From: Candidatus Aenigmatarchaeota archaeon
GTDB lineage: Archaea > Aenigmatarchaeota > Aenigmatarchaeia > JACPZZ01
DNA length: 52,717 nucleotides
NCBI GenBank assembly: GCA_016195275.1
Contig: JACPZZ010000023.1
Coordinates: 1-52,717 of the forward strand
Direction of reading: 5' to 3'
The position numbers and the translations under genes were made by a program. This document shows, one piece after another, positions 44,138 to 52,260 of this stretch; within the stretch, counting starts at the first letter, position 1, and each line of letters opens with the position of its first letter. A model generated the notes under the pieces. It was not told where the DNA came from. It searched no databases and saw only the letters and a list, made by a program, of their open reading frames with translations.

Positions 44138-44635
44138 TTGCACAACCGATATTGGGTATTAGGCGATGTTTTGACATTCAATATTCGTGATCTGTTTCGC
44201 AGCAGCAAAAGAAACGTAGCCATTTTTATCGACGGCCCGAACATGATTCGCAAGGAGTTTAACATAGACCTGAAAGAAGTCCGCGAGCGCGCGCAAAAAT
44301 ACGGCAGGATAGTTTTCGGAAAAGTATTCCTTAACCAGTTCGCGTCTGAAAAGCTAATCGAGGCCGTGGTCAGCCAGGGCTTTGAGCCTTTGGTGACACT
44401 TGCCGTTGAAAAAGACCAGGATATAGACGTGCATATGGCAGCCGAAGCCATGGAAGCTGCTTACAGCAGCAACATAGACGTTATCGTTATCGTATCAAGG
44501 GACACGGATTTCCTGCCGGTAGTGCAAAAGGCAAAGAAAAAAGGCAAGATAACGATTGTAATGGGTTCCGAGCCAGGCTTTTCAATGGCTTTGAGAAATG
44601 CGGCAGACCATGTTGAGGATTTGACAAAGAAATAA
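44138..44635 (+). CDS. NYN-domain (LabA/DUF88-like) predicted ribonuclease
   Basis: 165 aa with a non-ATG start of uncertain position. VAIFIDGPN (first Asp) and VIVSRDTDFLPVVQKAKKKGKITIV (DxD plus Gly-Lys) match NYN signatures. Confidence 0.75.
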   Translation: MHNRYWVLGDVLTFNIRDLFRSSKRNVAIFIDGPNMIRKEFNIDLKEVRERAQKYGRIVFGKVFLNQFASEKLIEAVVSQGFEPLVTLAVEKDQDIDVHMAAEAMEAAYSSNIDVIVIVSRDTDFLPVVQKAKKKGKITIVMGSEPGFSMALRNAADHVEDLTKK

Positions 44636-44670
44636 ATATTTTTGTTGGACAACAGCCCGCAGTATGTGCT

Positions 44671-44678
44671 TATATAAA
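44671..44678 (+). promoter_or_regulatory. TATA-like box preceding the duplicated 20-nt leader
   Basis: tatataaa lies immediately 5-prime of ccttgtattctggcgttgtg (44681-44700). Confidence 0.3.
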
Positions 44679-44695
44679 TTCCTTGTATTCTGGCG

Positions 44696-44746
44696 TTGTG
44701 ACTAAAGTGCGATTTGTGATTAAAGTAGGGCGGATGTGATTAAAGT
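44696..44746 (+). repeat. three direct iteron-like 13-mers (TTGTGAYTAAAGT)
   Basis: ttgtgactaaagt at 44696-44708, ttgtgattaaagt at 44714-44726, atgtgattaaagt at 44734-44746. Spacing is 18 and 20 nt. Confidence 0.6.
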
Positions 44747-44826
44747 CTGTGAATTGGTCAATTTTCGATCAGGCAACCCAAAACAACACGTAACCGTTAA
44801 ATAGGGGTACCTTTCGATAGTTCTAT

Positions 44827-45297
44827 ATGGTTAAGATCGAAAACATATATTTGGACACATCATTATTGATCGGTGTTGCCCTTTCTCTTATGGATAGTAA
44901 AAACGACGATACACGCATCGTAAAATTTCTTGGCAAGCACAAAAGTGAAATAACGGCTTATACATCTTTTCTTTCCTTGGCAGAGTTGGCCAAAACGATT
45001 AAAACTGACAGGAGATTTCGAAAATTCTGGAGTAATGATAAATCCATCGTTGCCTTTATCGATACCGTTATCAAGACTACGAACTTAATCATTATAGAAA
45101 ACGAAAAGGCTATAATTCGAAAAGAAATAATAGATTTTGTCCTTCTTCACCAAGAAGTTTCTGACTGCCTTCATGTAGGTCTGGCAAAACTTAATAATCT
45201 GTGGTTCATTACTCACGATGATAAGATAGGAAAAATAAAGCCATTATACGAGAACATAATGACAGACACCAAACTAATGAAACAATTCGACGATTAA
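44827..45297 (+). CDS. PIN-domain nuclease (VapC-like)
   Basis: 156 aa with an ATG start. Acidic quartet candidates: YLDTSLL (D10), SLAELAK (Glu), VSDCLHVGLA (Asp), ITHDDK (Asp). Confidence 0.6.
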   Translation: MVKIENIYLDTSLLIGVALSLMDSKNDDTRIVKFLGKHKSEITAYTSFLSLAELAKTIKTDRRFRKFWSNDKSIVAFIDTVIKTTNLIIIENEKAIIRKEIIDFVLLHQEVSDCLHVGLAKLNNLWFITHDDKIGKIKPLYENIMTDTKLMKQFDD

Positions 45298-45452
45298 TCT
45301 TTGCTAAGATTTTTCATTATCTCTTTTACTTTGGCCTTTCCTTCCTCATAGGTAAATGTCTTGGTGGGCTCTAGAACAGTAATAAAATGGCCGTTAAGCT
45401 TGACAGTTTTCCTTTTCATGTCCTTAATGATAACGTTAACGTTTTTTCTCAT
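45294..45452 (-). CDS. small hypothetical protein (52 aa from ATG; ORF opens at GTG 45512)
   Basis: MRKNVNVIIKDMKRKTVKLNGHFITVLEPTKTFTYEEGKAKVKEIMKNLSKD. It is convergent with the PIN gene and overlaps it by 4 nt. Confidence 0.35.
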   Translation of the reverse strand: MRKNVNVIIKDMKRKTVKLNGHFITVLEPTKTFTYEEGKAKVKEIMKNLSKD

Positions 45453-45513
45453 GTTATAATGTTTCAAAGGAATAGCATATAAGTTTAAATACTTAAGTAA
45501 TCTATTAATCACT
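45453..45513. promoter_or_regulatory. AT-rich divergent promoter region
   Basis: A 60-nt AT-rich spacer (tataatgtttcaaaggaatagcatataagtttaaatactt...) lies between the divergent small ORFs at 45452(-) and 45514(+). Confidence 0.3.
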
Positions 45514-45789
45514 ATGTTAACTAATGAATTGAGAAATAAATTAAGAGAAGAACTAAAGAATAACCCAAAAAAGGCTATAGAGATTTTGAAAAAAGAACCT
45601 CAAGTTATAGAAATGCTTCTTAATGCAACCGAACAGGTAGAAAGGGAGAGAAACGAAAAAATAAAATATGTAAACATGACGGCAGAAATGGACATACAAC
45701 TTCGTGATAGAGCGTATCAACTGAAAACCACGCAAGGTGCACTGATCGGTGCGGGTCTTTTATTTCTACTGTTGTTACTCGAAGATTAA
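45514..45789 (+). CDS. small tail-anchored membrane protein, function unknown
   Basis: 91 aa with an ATG start. A charged helical N-part is followed by a C-terminal TM helix ALIGAGLLFLLLLL ending ED. Confidence 0.4.
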   Translation: MLTNELRNKLREELKNNPKKAIEILKKEPQVIEMLLNATEQVERERNEKIKYVNMTAEMDIQLRDRAYQLKTTQGALIGAGLLFLLLLLED

Positions 45790-45840
45790 AGTCGCCTTGT
45801 TGTGATTTTAGTCGTCGTTTTTGGGCACTTAAATCACAAG
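45784..45840. repeat. second cluster of the iteron-like motif (two direct, one inverted copy)
   Basis: gattaaagt at 45784-45792, ttgtgattttagt at 45800-45812, inverted acttaaatcacaa at 45828-45840. It overlaps the perfect palindrome acaaggccttgt (45835-45846). Confidence 0.55.
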
Positions 45841-45858
45841 GCCTTGTATTCTAGTGTT

Positions 45859-46455
45859 ATGGGTTACAAAACCAGAACATTTCCTGATATAACCGAAGCT
45901 AGAAAAATTTTGGAACTGGACTTACGTAGATATTTCAGAGCAATACGGGCCATGCGCTCTTACAACCAGTTCATAGAAGCAGCCAGCCCCGAAGTTGATG
46001 TTGTCGGGCAGGAAGCGGGAAAGGTTATATCAGAAACCGGCGCCATTGGAAAGTTAAGCCTTACCAGTTCATATCTCGGTTTCATGGATATTACCGACGG
46101 CAAAATGTATGACACGCACTCAATGAGGAATGCGATGGCAAGCGGGTATTTAATGGAAAGATTTATCAGCGGTTTTCATTTCTGGCTTCGTGATGAGCGT
46201 GTGGCGTTTGAATGCCTGTATGTGGATGCGCCAGCCCATGTAAAAATGATCGGGTCAATGGGGACAGAAACGATAGACGGAATTGTCCGCCTCGGCGCAG
46301 AAACCAGAAGCGAATCCGGCATGGTCTTTCTCAATGCCCCGGAAAAACCGGAATTTTATTTCGCATTTGTTGCAGAAGATGACACTGGTATGCATGCGAA
46401 TTTACTTGTCCGATGCATTTCGCAAGATCCTTTTTACCTGTCCCCGCGTCCCTAG
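45859..46455 (+). CDS. orphan 198-aa protein, function unknown
   Basis: I trimmed to the ATG at 45859 because the upstream part of the ORF is the repeat region. No motif recognised. The 3-prime end overlaps the aRF1 stop by 4 nt (convergent). Confidence 0.5.
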   Translation: MGYKTRTFPDITEARKILELDLRRYFRAIRAMRSYNQFIEAASPEVDVVGQEAGKVISETGAIGKLSLTSSYLGFMDITDGKMYDTHSMRNAMASGYLMERFISGFHFWLRDERVAFECLYVDAPAHVKMIGSMGTETIDGIVRLGAETRSESGMVFLNAPEKPEFYFAFVAEDDTGMHANLLVRCISQDPFYLSPRP

Positions 46456-48998
46456 TATTTCACCCTGTATCTTAATATCCCGCCGATTCCGCCAAGCTCT
46501 TTTAGCTGTGCGCCTTCTCTTGTGCTCGAAGAAACGATGTGGTATTCCGTTTTGAAGTCCTCTGCGGTTGTTATAGCAACGTCGATTAAGTCTTCGGTAT
46601 TAACAGTGCGCATTTCCATCCTGCAATTGGAGCAAAGCTGTTTCTCGTTGGGTTTGTAATCGCGCGTTTCTTGGTTGCCGCAGCTTCCGCACTTTAAACC
46701 CGAACGAATCCAGTCAAAATCCTCGGACACTATCAGCTTCTGCAGCATACCGTTTTGCAGCGCCTCTTTGACTTTTCCCCAGCCGTAGATAGCCAAGCCG
46801 GAATCTTTCTGCAGCTCTGTGAAAAAACCCTTCAGGAGCTCTATCTCCTTTGTGACAGCGGCATTTGAGAGTATCTTTTGCGCCCTGTTGACAAGCTCGT
46901 GCAAACCGGCCTCGTTTGTATAAGAAATGTCAACAACTCCGGCCACTTTTTTCTGGAGTTCGTAATGCAGATAGCCGTCTTTAACAAAATCGTCTTTAAC
47001 AGGTCCCGGCCCGCCGATGATTATGCCGATAAGCTCTTTCTTTCCAAGGAACGCCTGCGTAGCTATATCGGAAACCTCTTTCAGGAAATCATTCAGCAAA
47101 CCTTCGCGTATCCGCGCATATCTTTGCTGGCTGTTGTGCAGAATCAGCCCGTTTGCTATGAAATTGTTAAGTTTTGGCACAGATATATCATAGAATATGC
47201 CAGGCGATTCCACCGCCTTTTTACCTTTTATTTTCAGCGCGATCAGGTTGCCCAAAACTTCGTGTCGTAGATAACCGATTTTTTTGTGCCGTATTAAATC
47301 TTTTATTCGGTTTGTCTTGCCCTTGGAGGAAAATCCTATCATCTGCTCGAATTTCACTATGTACACTGGCCCTGTAATTCTGACACAATATTTATTTACC
47401 TTGGAAAAGCTGCCTTTCGGAGACCTTACGGAAAACGATGACACTATACCGAACCGCAAAAGCAGCTGCTGGAGTGTCCTTATCACAGCTTCGCTGGACA
47501 TGGTTATCCCCACCACACCAGCGTTCGTGTCTATATAACCCTCTGCATCGAACAGCCCTTTGATAAAAGCCGCAACTTCCGGGTTTTGCGACATTTGGAT
47601 CTGTTCAGGTATACTTCTTGAATGCGCATTCAGCGCCACGGACGGGAACACAGTGTTTATAAAACCGGACAGGTACTTGCTGTGTATTTTAATCTCGTAA
47701 TACCCTTTTGAAACCCTCTTCCTTATTCTGGTGTTTGCGCCAAACAGCCTTCTGGACAGGGAACTGTAAAACTCCGCCAACTGAATATCGCCTTCGTACA
47801 GTCTGGGCCCGAACTCGTCAATACCGCCGCCGCCCATGAAGTACCCCAAAAACTGGCAAAATTCCTCGTTAATCAATTTTGGTATTTTAACGAGATCCGA
47901 AGATTCTATATGATGCCTGTAAAAATACCCCCTGTCGATACCAAGCAGGCTTAGTAATTTATTCAGATTTTCTTTTTTCAGCATTCTTTGGTTAAGCTCT
48001 AGTTTTGATATTATTGTTTGAGAAAGGCCGAGTTTTTTAGCCACATATTTTTGTGACATCCCGTTTGAAATGCGTTTCCGCACCAGCAGCTTAATCCCAG
48101 TCGCCTTGATCCTTAGCGATTTTGGCGTCTCATAATCGATGGACATGCGTCTACCTTCAAGGTCCATTTTTAGTGGAGAAAGCAGCAGATCCCCTTCTTT
48201 TATTTCTGATAAAGGCCTGGACATTATCGTGTTCCTATCGAAAACAAAGAAATTGTGTTCTGGGGTTGCGACAATCTTCATAGACGGGGCTTGTGTAACT
48301 ATTTCATAAGCGGTCTTCGCTTCCCTTCTCCTGATCGTATCAAAGCTGGTGCTTTCTGTTTTGTCTTCGATAAAATTGAAAGCTGACACACGGCCGCCTT
48401 TAAGGTCCTTAATGCTGACTAGCCTGCCGTCAGGAACCTGCACCATGGTGTTTTCATGAACGCACCACCCCCCGGCCGCCGTTTTGGATGGCACCAAAGA
48501 ATCGACGTGTTTGAACACAACTATTTTTTTGCCGGCCAGATAACCTATCGTAGCCTCGGACTTGTCCACGGCCAACAAACCGTAAACTTCCTTGTCCTTT
48601 ACCATTTCTTCAAGGGGCTCAAGCACGAATTGCTGGTCGCACCAGTAAAGCTTGTTTTGCATTTTCTCCGGCGGCTCAATAGCCCACAAATCGAGTTTCT
48701 GTGCGCCTTCGGTTTCAGAAACATTTCCTGAAAAAATCGCGAGCCCGTTCTCCGGAGTTTCGCGGTAGATCCTGAGGTGCTGTATTATTTTATCCAGCGC
48801 AGCCAGCACGTTGTTGCGCGTGGCTTTTGACTTGATGTTTTGTGTCGTAGAGCCTTCGGATTTTAGCTGGTTTATGATATCTATCAAACTGTAGCCTGCA
48901 GGAACATAGACCGTAACCAGTTCCGTGTGCCGCCCGCGTATCTTCTTTAGCCGGCGTATGAGCTTTTTTAATTCTATTATCCTGATATCATTGGGCAT
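46452..48998 (-). CDS. prf1: peptide chain release factor aRF1 interrupted by an in-frame intein
   Basis: NIKS motif (TQNIKSKATR) and YxCxxxF (YWCDQQF). Extein junction TAAGGW/SQQRYARIRE aligns with the GGQSxxRFxRLR region. The ATG is at 48998 (the ORF opens at TTG 49007). Confidence 0.9.
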   Translation of the reverse strand: MPNDIRIIELKKLIRRLKKIRGRHTELVTVYVPAGYSLIDIINQLKSEGSTTQNIKSKATRNNVLAALDKIIQHLRIYRETPENGLAIFSGNVSETEGAQKLDLWAIEPPEKMQNKLYWCDQQFVLEPLEEMVKDKEVYGLLAVDKSEATIGYLAGKKIVVFKHVDSLVPSKTAAGGWCVHENTMVQVPDGRLVSIKDLKGGRVSAFNFIEDKTESTSFDTIRRREAKTAYEIVTQAPSMKIVATPEHNFFVFDRNTIMSRPLSEIKEGDLLLSPLKMDLEGRRMSIDYETPKSLRIKATGIKLLVRKRISNGMSQKYVAKKLGLSQTIISKLELNQRMLKKENLNKLLSLLGIDRGYFYRHHIESSDLVKIPKLINEEFCQFLGYFMGGGGIDEFGPRLYEGDIQLAEFYSSLSRRLFGANTRIRKRVSKGYYEIKIHSKYLSGFINTVFPSVALNAHSRSIPEQIQMSQNPEVAAFIKGLFDAEGYIDTNAGVVGITMSSEAVIRTLQQLLLRFGIVSSFSVRSPKGSFSKVNKYCVRITGPVYIVKFEQMIGFSSKGKTNRIKDLIRHKKIGYLRHEVLGNLIALKIKGKKAVESPGIFYDISVPKLNNFIANGLILHNSQQRYARIREGLLNDFLKEVSDIATQAFLGKKELIGIIIGGPGPVKDDFVKDGYLHYELQKKVAGVVDISYTNEAGLHELVNRAQKILSNAAVTKEIELLKGFFTELQKDSGLAIYGWGKVKEALQNGMLQKLIVSEDFDWIRSGLKCGSCGNQETRDYKPNEKQLCSNCRMEMRTVNTEDLIDVAITTAEDFKTEYHIVSSSTREGAQLKELGGIGGILRYRVKY
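47133..48464 (-). mobile_element. intein (444 aa) with LAGLIDADG core and an XRE-type HTH
   Basis: Starts CVHENTMVQVPDG and ends GLILHN, followed by the +1 Ser. LAGLIDADG motifs are FLGYFMGGGGIDE and AAFIKGLFDAEGYID. HTH segment is MSQKYVAKKLGLSQTIISKLELNQR. Length is 1332 nt, in frame. Confidence 0.85.
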
Positions 48999-49015
48999 AG
49001 CAATCAATTGGTTTG

Positions 49016-51439
49016 TTATAAAATAAGAAGCAATTTCGCGCCCATTTCATGCACATCAACGACATTTTTGCCTTCCAGTATTGTGCCGAGCCTTATGTCC
49101 CTGACGTTCATCGCGCCGCTGATGTCCTTCAGAACCTTTGAAACACTGCCTAAATCCTCGTCTTTGCATTGGATTATCAGTTGTTTTATTTCCGAGTTAA
49201 GCGGCAACGAATTTGAAGTCTTGAATTTTCTAATCGCAGAAACAACCAGCTTCGCAGCCCCCCCGGCCTTTTCGATGTTATCGTCTATCGAGCTTTCGTC
49301 GGCTTCCGGCCATTCCGTTTTGTGAATGCTCGCAGAATCGCTGAAGTTTTTGAAGTAGGACTGATAAACTTCCTCTGTGATATGTGGCATGAACGGGGCG
49401 AGCATTTTAGTGCAATCGAAAACCAGTTTGTACAGCGTTGTTTCAGCCGACTTTTTTTCTATGTTGTTGTAAAACCTGTACTTCACAAATTCCAGGTAAT
49501 TATCCGCAATTTCGTGCCAGATGAAGTCGTGTAAAGTCTCAAACGCATACGCAAACTGGTAAGATTCCAGGCTTTCGGTTATGTCCTTTATCTTTTTGTT
49601 TAGCCTTGAAATGATCCATTTGTCCATAACAGATGTTATCTCAGAAGGTTTTTCGAAATCCGCAGCGTTTGAGGCGAAGAAACGAAATATATTCCAGAAC
49701 TTGGTGGAAAATTTGTACGCAAATTCCATATTCTGCCAGTTGAACGCGGCGTCGCCGGAATACAAACCGAGCATAACCAGTCCTGCACGAAGCGTGTCTG
49801 CGCCGTGCTTGAGCAGTATCTCGTCCGGCAAAACGACATTGCCAAGGGATTTGTGCATTTCCCTGCCGTCCGGGCCAAGTATTAAACCGTTGACAAGTAT
49901 GTTTTTCCACGGCCTCTTGCCCGTTTCCAAATAACACCTTAGTATGGTATAATACGCCCACGTCCTTATTATGTCATGGCCCTGTTGCCTCAGGTCAGCA
50001 GGATACAATTTTTGGTGAAGCGCCATGTTGTTTTTCCAGTAGCCTGAAATGACCAGCGGCGTTATTGAGGAATCTATCCAGCCGTCGCAAACATCCGTTT
50101 CTCCGACAACATCGCCGCCGCATTCGCATTTCTCCGATTTATACCTTTCAGACGACGTATCAACAGGAAAATTTTCCGCAGGATATATTTTGCCGCAACT
50201 TTTACAGTGCCAAAAAGGGATAGGCGTTCCGTAAACGCGCTGCCTGGAAAATACCCAGTCCCAGTCCATCGAATTTACCCAGTTGTCGAGCCTTGTTTTC
50301 ATGTGATCCGGGAACCAGTTGATGCCGCCTGAAATTTTCAATATGTCATTGGAGCTGTCCTTGACCTTGATTGTCCATTGCTTCATGGGGATGAATTCTA
50401 TGGGGTTTACGCACGCTGACCGCTCGGTGTGGCACAAAACGTTGTGGGAGAATTTCTCTTCCTTTTCAACCAGGCCAAGCATGCCGAGTTCTTCGACTAT
50501 CTTGATCCTTGCGTCAGCAAGTTTCATGCCGGCGAAATTTTTCGCGTTTTCGTTCAACTTGCCATACACATCGATCAGGTTTATCGCAGGCAAATTGTAG
50601 CGCTTCTGCCATTTTATGTCCATCTCGTCGCCGTAGGTGCACAGGTAAACCACGCCTGTGCCAAATTCCATGTCAACGTCCGGGTTCGCTATGACTTTTA
50701 CTTCCTGGCCGAATATCGGGATTTTTACAGTCTTCCCGGCCATATCCGAATGTTCTTTGTCTTCGGGATTAACGAACACCGCAACGCACGCAGCCATCAT
50801 CTCAGGCCTTGTGGTCGCGATGGTTATTTTCTTACCGTCTTCAACATTGAGTTTGATGTAATACAGAACGCCGTCCTTTTCGACATAACCGACTTCGGCC
50901 TTTGCAAGTGTCGTTGCGCATTTGGTGCACCACATCACAGGGTGTTCCGCGCGCTCTACAAGGCCTTTCTCAAAAAGTTTCACAAGAGTTTTCTGTATAA
51001 ATCCCACGTATTCTGGCGAGTCCGTGGTATATTCGTAATTCCAGTCCGCGGAATAGCCTACAGACGACATGTATTTCTTCATGCCGGCTATGCAGACGCC
51101 TGTCCACTCCTTGCACGCGGCCAGGAATTTTTCCCTTTCATTTTTCCTTATCTTGTAGTCTTTTTCCACCTTTAATTCCGTAGGCAATCCGTGGCAGTCC
51201 CAGCCCTGCGGCAGAAGCACGCCAAAGCCTTGCATGCGTTTGAAGCGGGCGATTATGTCGTTCCATGTCCACCACAGGACATGCCCCATGTGCGGAACCC
51301 CTGACGTGAAAGGCGGCGGCGTATCTATCACAAAAGTCTTTTCCGCGTTCTCATCGAAATTGTAGACCCCGTTCTCTTTCCAGTAATCCTGCCATTTCTT
51401 TTCCGCTGTTTTCGGGTCGTATCTTTTTTGCATCTCCAT
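49016..51439 (-). CDS. valS: valyl-tRNA synthetase
   Basis: PPPFTSGVPHMGHVL (HIGH), EMHKSLGN (KMSKS variant), and class Ia editing and anticodon-binding domains. The ATG is at 51439 (the ORF opens at GTG 51463). Confidence 0.9.
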   Translation of the reverse strand: MEMQKRYDPKTAEKKWQDYWKENGVYNFDENAEKTFVIDTPPPFTSGVPHMGHVLWWTWNDIIARFKRMQGFGVLLPQGWDCHGLPTELKVEKDYKIRKNEREKFLAACKEWTGVCIAGMKKYMSSVGYSADWNYEYTTDSPEYVGFIQKTLVKLFEKGLVERAEHPVMWCTKCATTLAKAEVGYVEKDGVLYYIKLNVEDGKKITIATTRPEMMAACVAVFVNPEDKEHSDMAGKTVKIPIFGQEVKVIANPDVDMEFGTGVVYLCTYGDEMDIKWQKRYNLPAINLIDVYGKLNENAKNFAGMKLADARIKIVEELGMLGLVEKEEKFSHNVLCHTERSACVNPIEFIPMKQWTIKVKDSSNDILKISGGINWFPDHMKTRLDNWVNSMDWDWVFSRQRVYGTPIPFWHCKSCGKIYPAENFPVDTSSERYKSEKCECGGDVVGETDVCDGWIDSSITPLVISGYWKNNMALHQKLYPADLRQQGHDIIRTWAYYTILRCYLETGKRPWKNILVNGLILGPDGREMHKSLGNVVLPDEILLKHGADTLRAGLVMLGLYSGDAAFNWQNMEFAYKFSTKFWNIFRFFASNAADFEKPSEITSVMDKWIISRLNKKIKDITESLESYQFAYAFETLHDFIWHEIADNYLEFVKYRFYNNIEKKSAETTLYKLVFDCTKMLAPFMPHITEEVYQSYFKNFSDSASIHKTEWPEADESSIDDNIEKAGGAAKLVVSAIRKFKTSNSLPLNSEIKQLIIQCKDEDLGSVSKVLKDISGAMNVRDIRLGTILEGKNVVDVHEMGAKLLLIL

Positions 51440-51459
51440 TTTATCCTTCCCGTGAAAAT

Positions 51460-52260
51460 TCACTTACGTATGTATTTGCTTAGCGGAGTGTAGTTTTTAT
51501 CCAGGTCCAGTTTCATTCCATCCGCGGCCGCGATCACATCAACGCCGGTTTCTTTTGCGGCCTTCAGCGCCTGTTTGTCCGGATCCCGCTCAATAACCTT
51601 CATCCCGAAATGCTGAAGCACGCACAATTTAGGTTCGGTCTCCTTTATCAGGGTTATCGCATTTTCAAGGTTCATGTGCATAGGCCATTTATCATTGTCC
51701 GGTCGCAGCATGTTTATTATCAGCAAATCCGCTTTTTGGTGGTATTTATTTAATTCGGGAAAATATTCACCGTCCGAAGTGTAGGATATGGTCTTAGAGC
51801 CTTCTATCCTGAACCCTATGCACGTAGGATCCGTGTGCCTGGTGGGCGTGGCTTTCACGGTTATGTTTTTCAGGTTTGTAGAATCGCCAGCCTTCATGAC
51901 AACCACATTTTCAAGCGTTTTCAGGTACATTTTAAGGACGGCCGGGCTGTCGTTTTCGTAGCCTCTTACCGCAGACACGCTGCCTACCAGTATTCCCTTC
52001 GGGTTTTTCGTGCCCTCGGTCATGGCATCGATTACGGCATTGCAGTCATTGGAATGGTCAAGGTGCACATGCGAAAGCATTATCACATCAGTATTCCTTA
52101 TGTTTACTCCGTATTCTTTTGCCCTTACCAAAGCGCCTGGCCCCGGGTCTACATGGATGTTGACGCCGTCCATATCTACCCTGAACCCTCCGGTTGCTCG
52201 CGACTGCGTGGCCATCGCGTATCTCCCGCCTCCGCTGCCTAGGAAAACAAGTTTTGCCAT
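51460..52260 (-). CDS. metallo-beta-lactamase-fold hydrolase
   Basis: LSHVHLDHSND (HxHxDH) and downstream His/Asp ligand contexts. The ATG is at 52260 (the ORF opens at GTG 52269). Confidence 0.8.
   Translation of the reverse strand: MAKLVFLGSGGGRYAMATQSRATGGFRVDMDGVNIHVDPGPGALVRAKEYGVNIRNTDVIMLSHVHLDHSNDCNAVIDAMTEGTKNPKGILVGSVSAVRGYENDSPAVLKMYLKTLENVVVMKAGDSTNLKNITVKATPTRHTDPTCIGFRIEGSKTISYTSDGEYFPELNKYHQKADLLIINMLRPDNDKWPMHMNLENAITLIKETEPKLCVLQHFGMKVIERDPDKQALKAAKETGVDVIAAADGMKLDLDKNYTPLSKYIRK

Noticed and set aside
41699-46455. Integrated virus or plasmid with integrase
   Set aside because: I saw no integrase, replication initiator, capsid or terminase-like ORF, no flanking tRNA and no long direct repeats at the island borders. 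Only the internal 13-mer and 20-mer repeats were found.
50429-51175. 248-aa plus-strand ORF
   Set aside because: It is antisense within valS, where the valS frame carries class Ia motifs.
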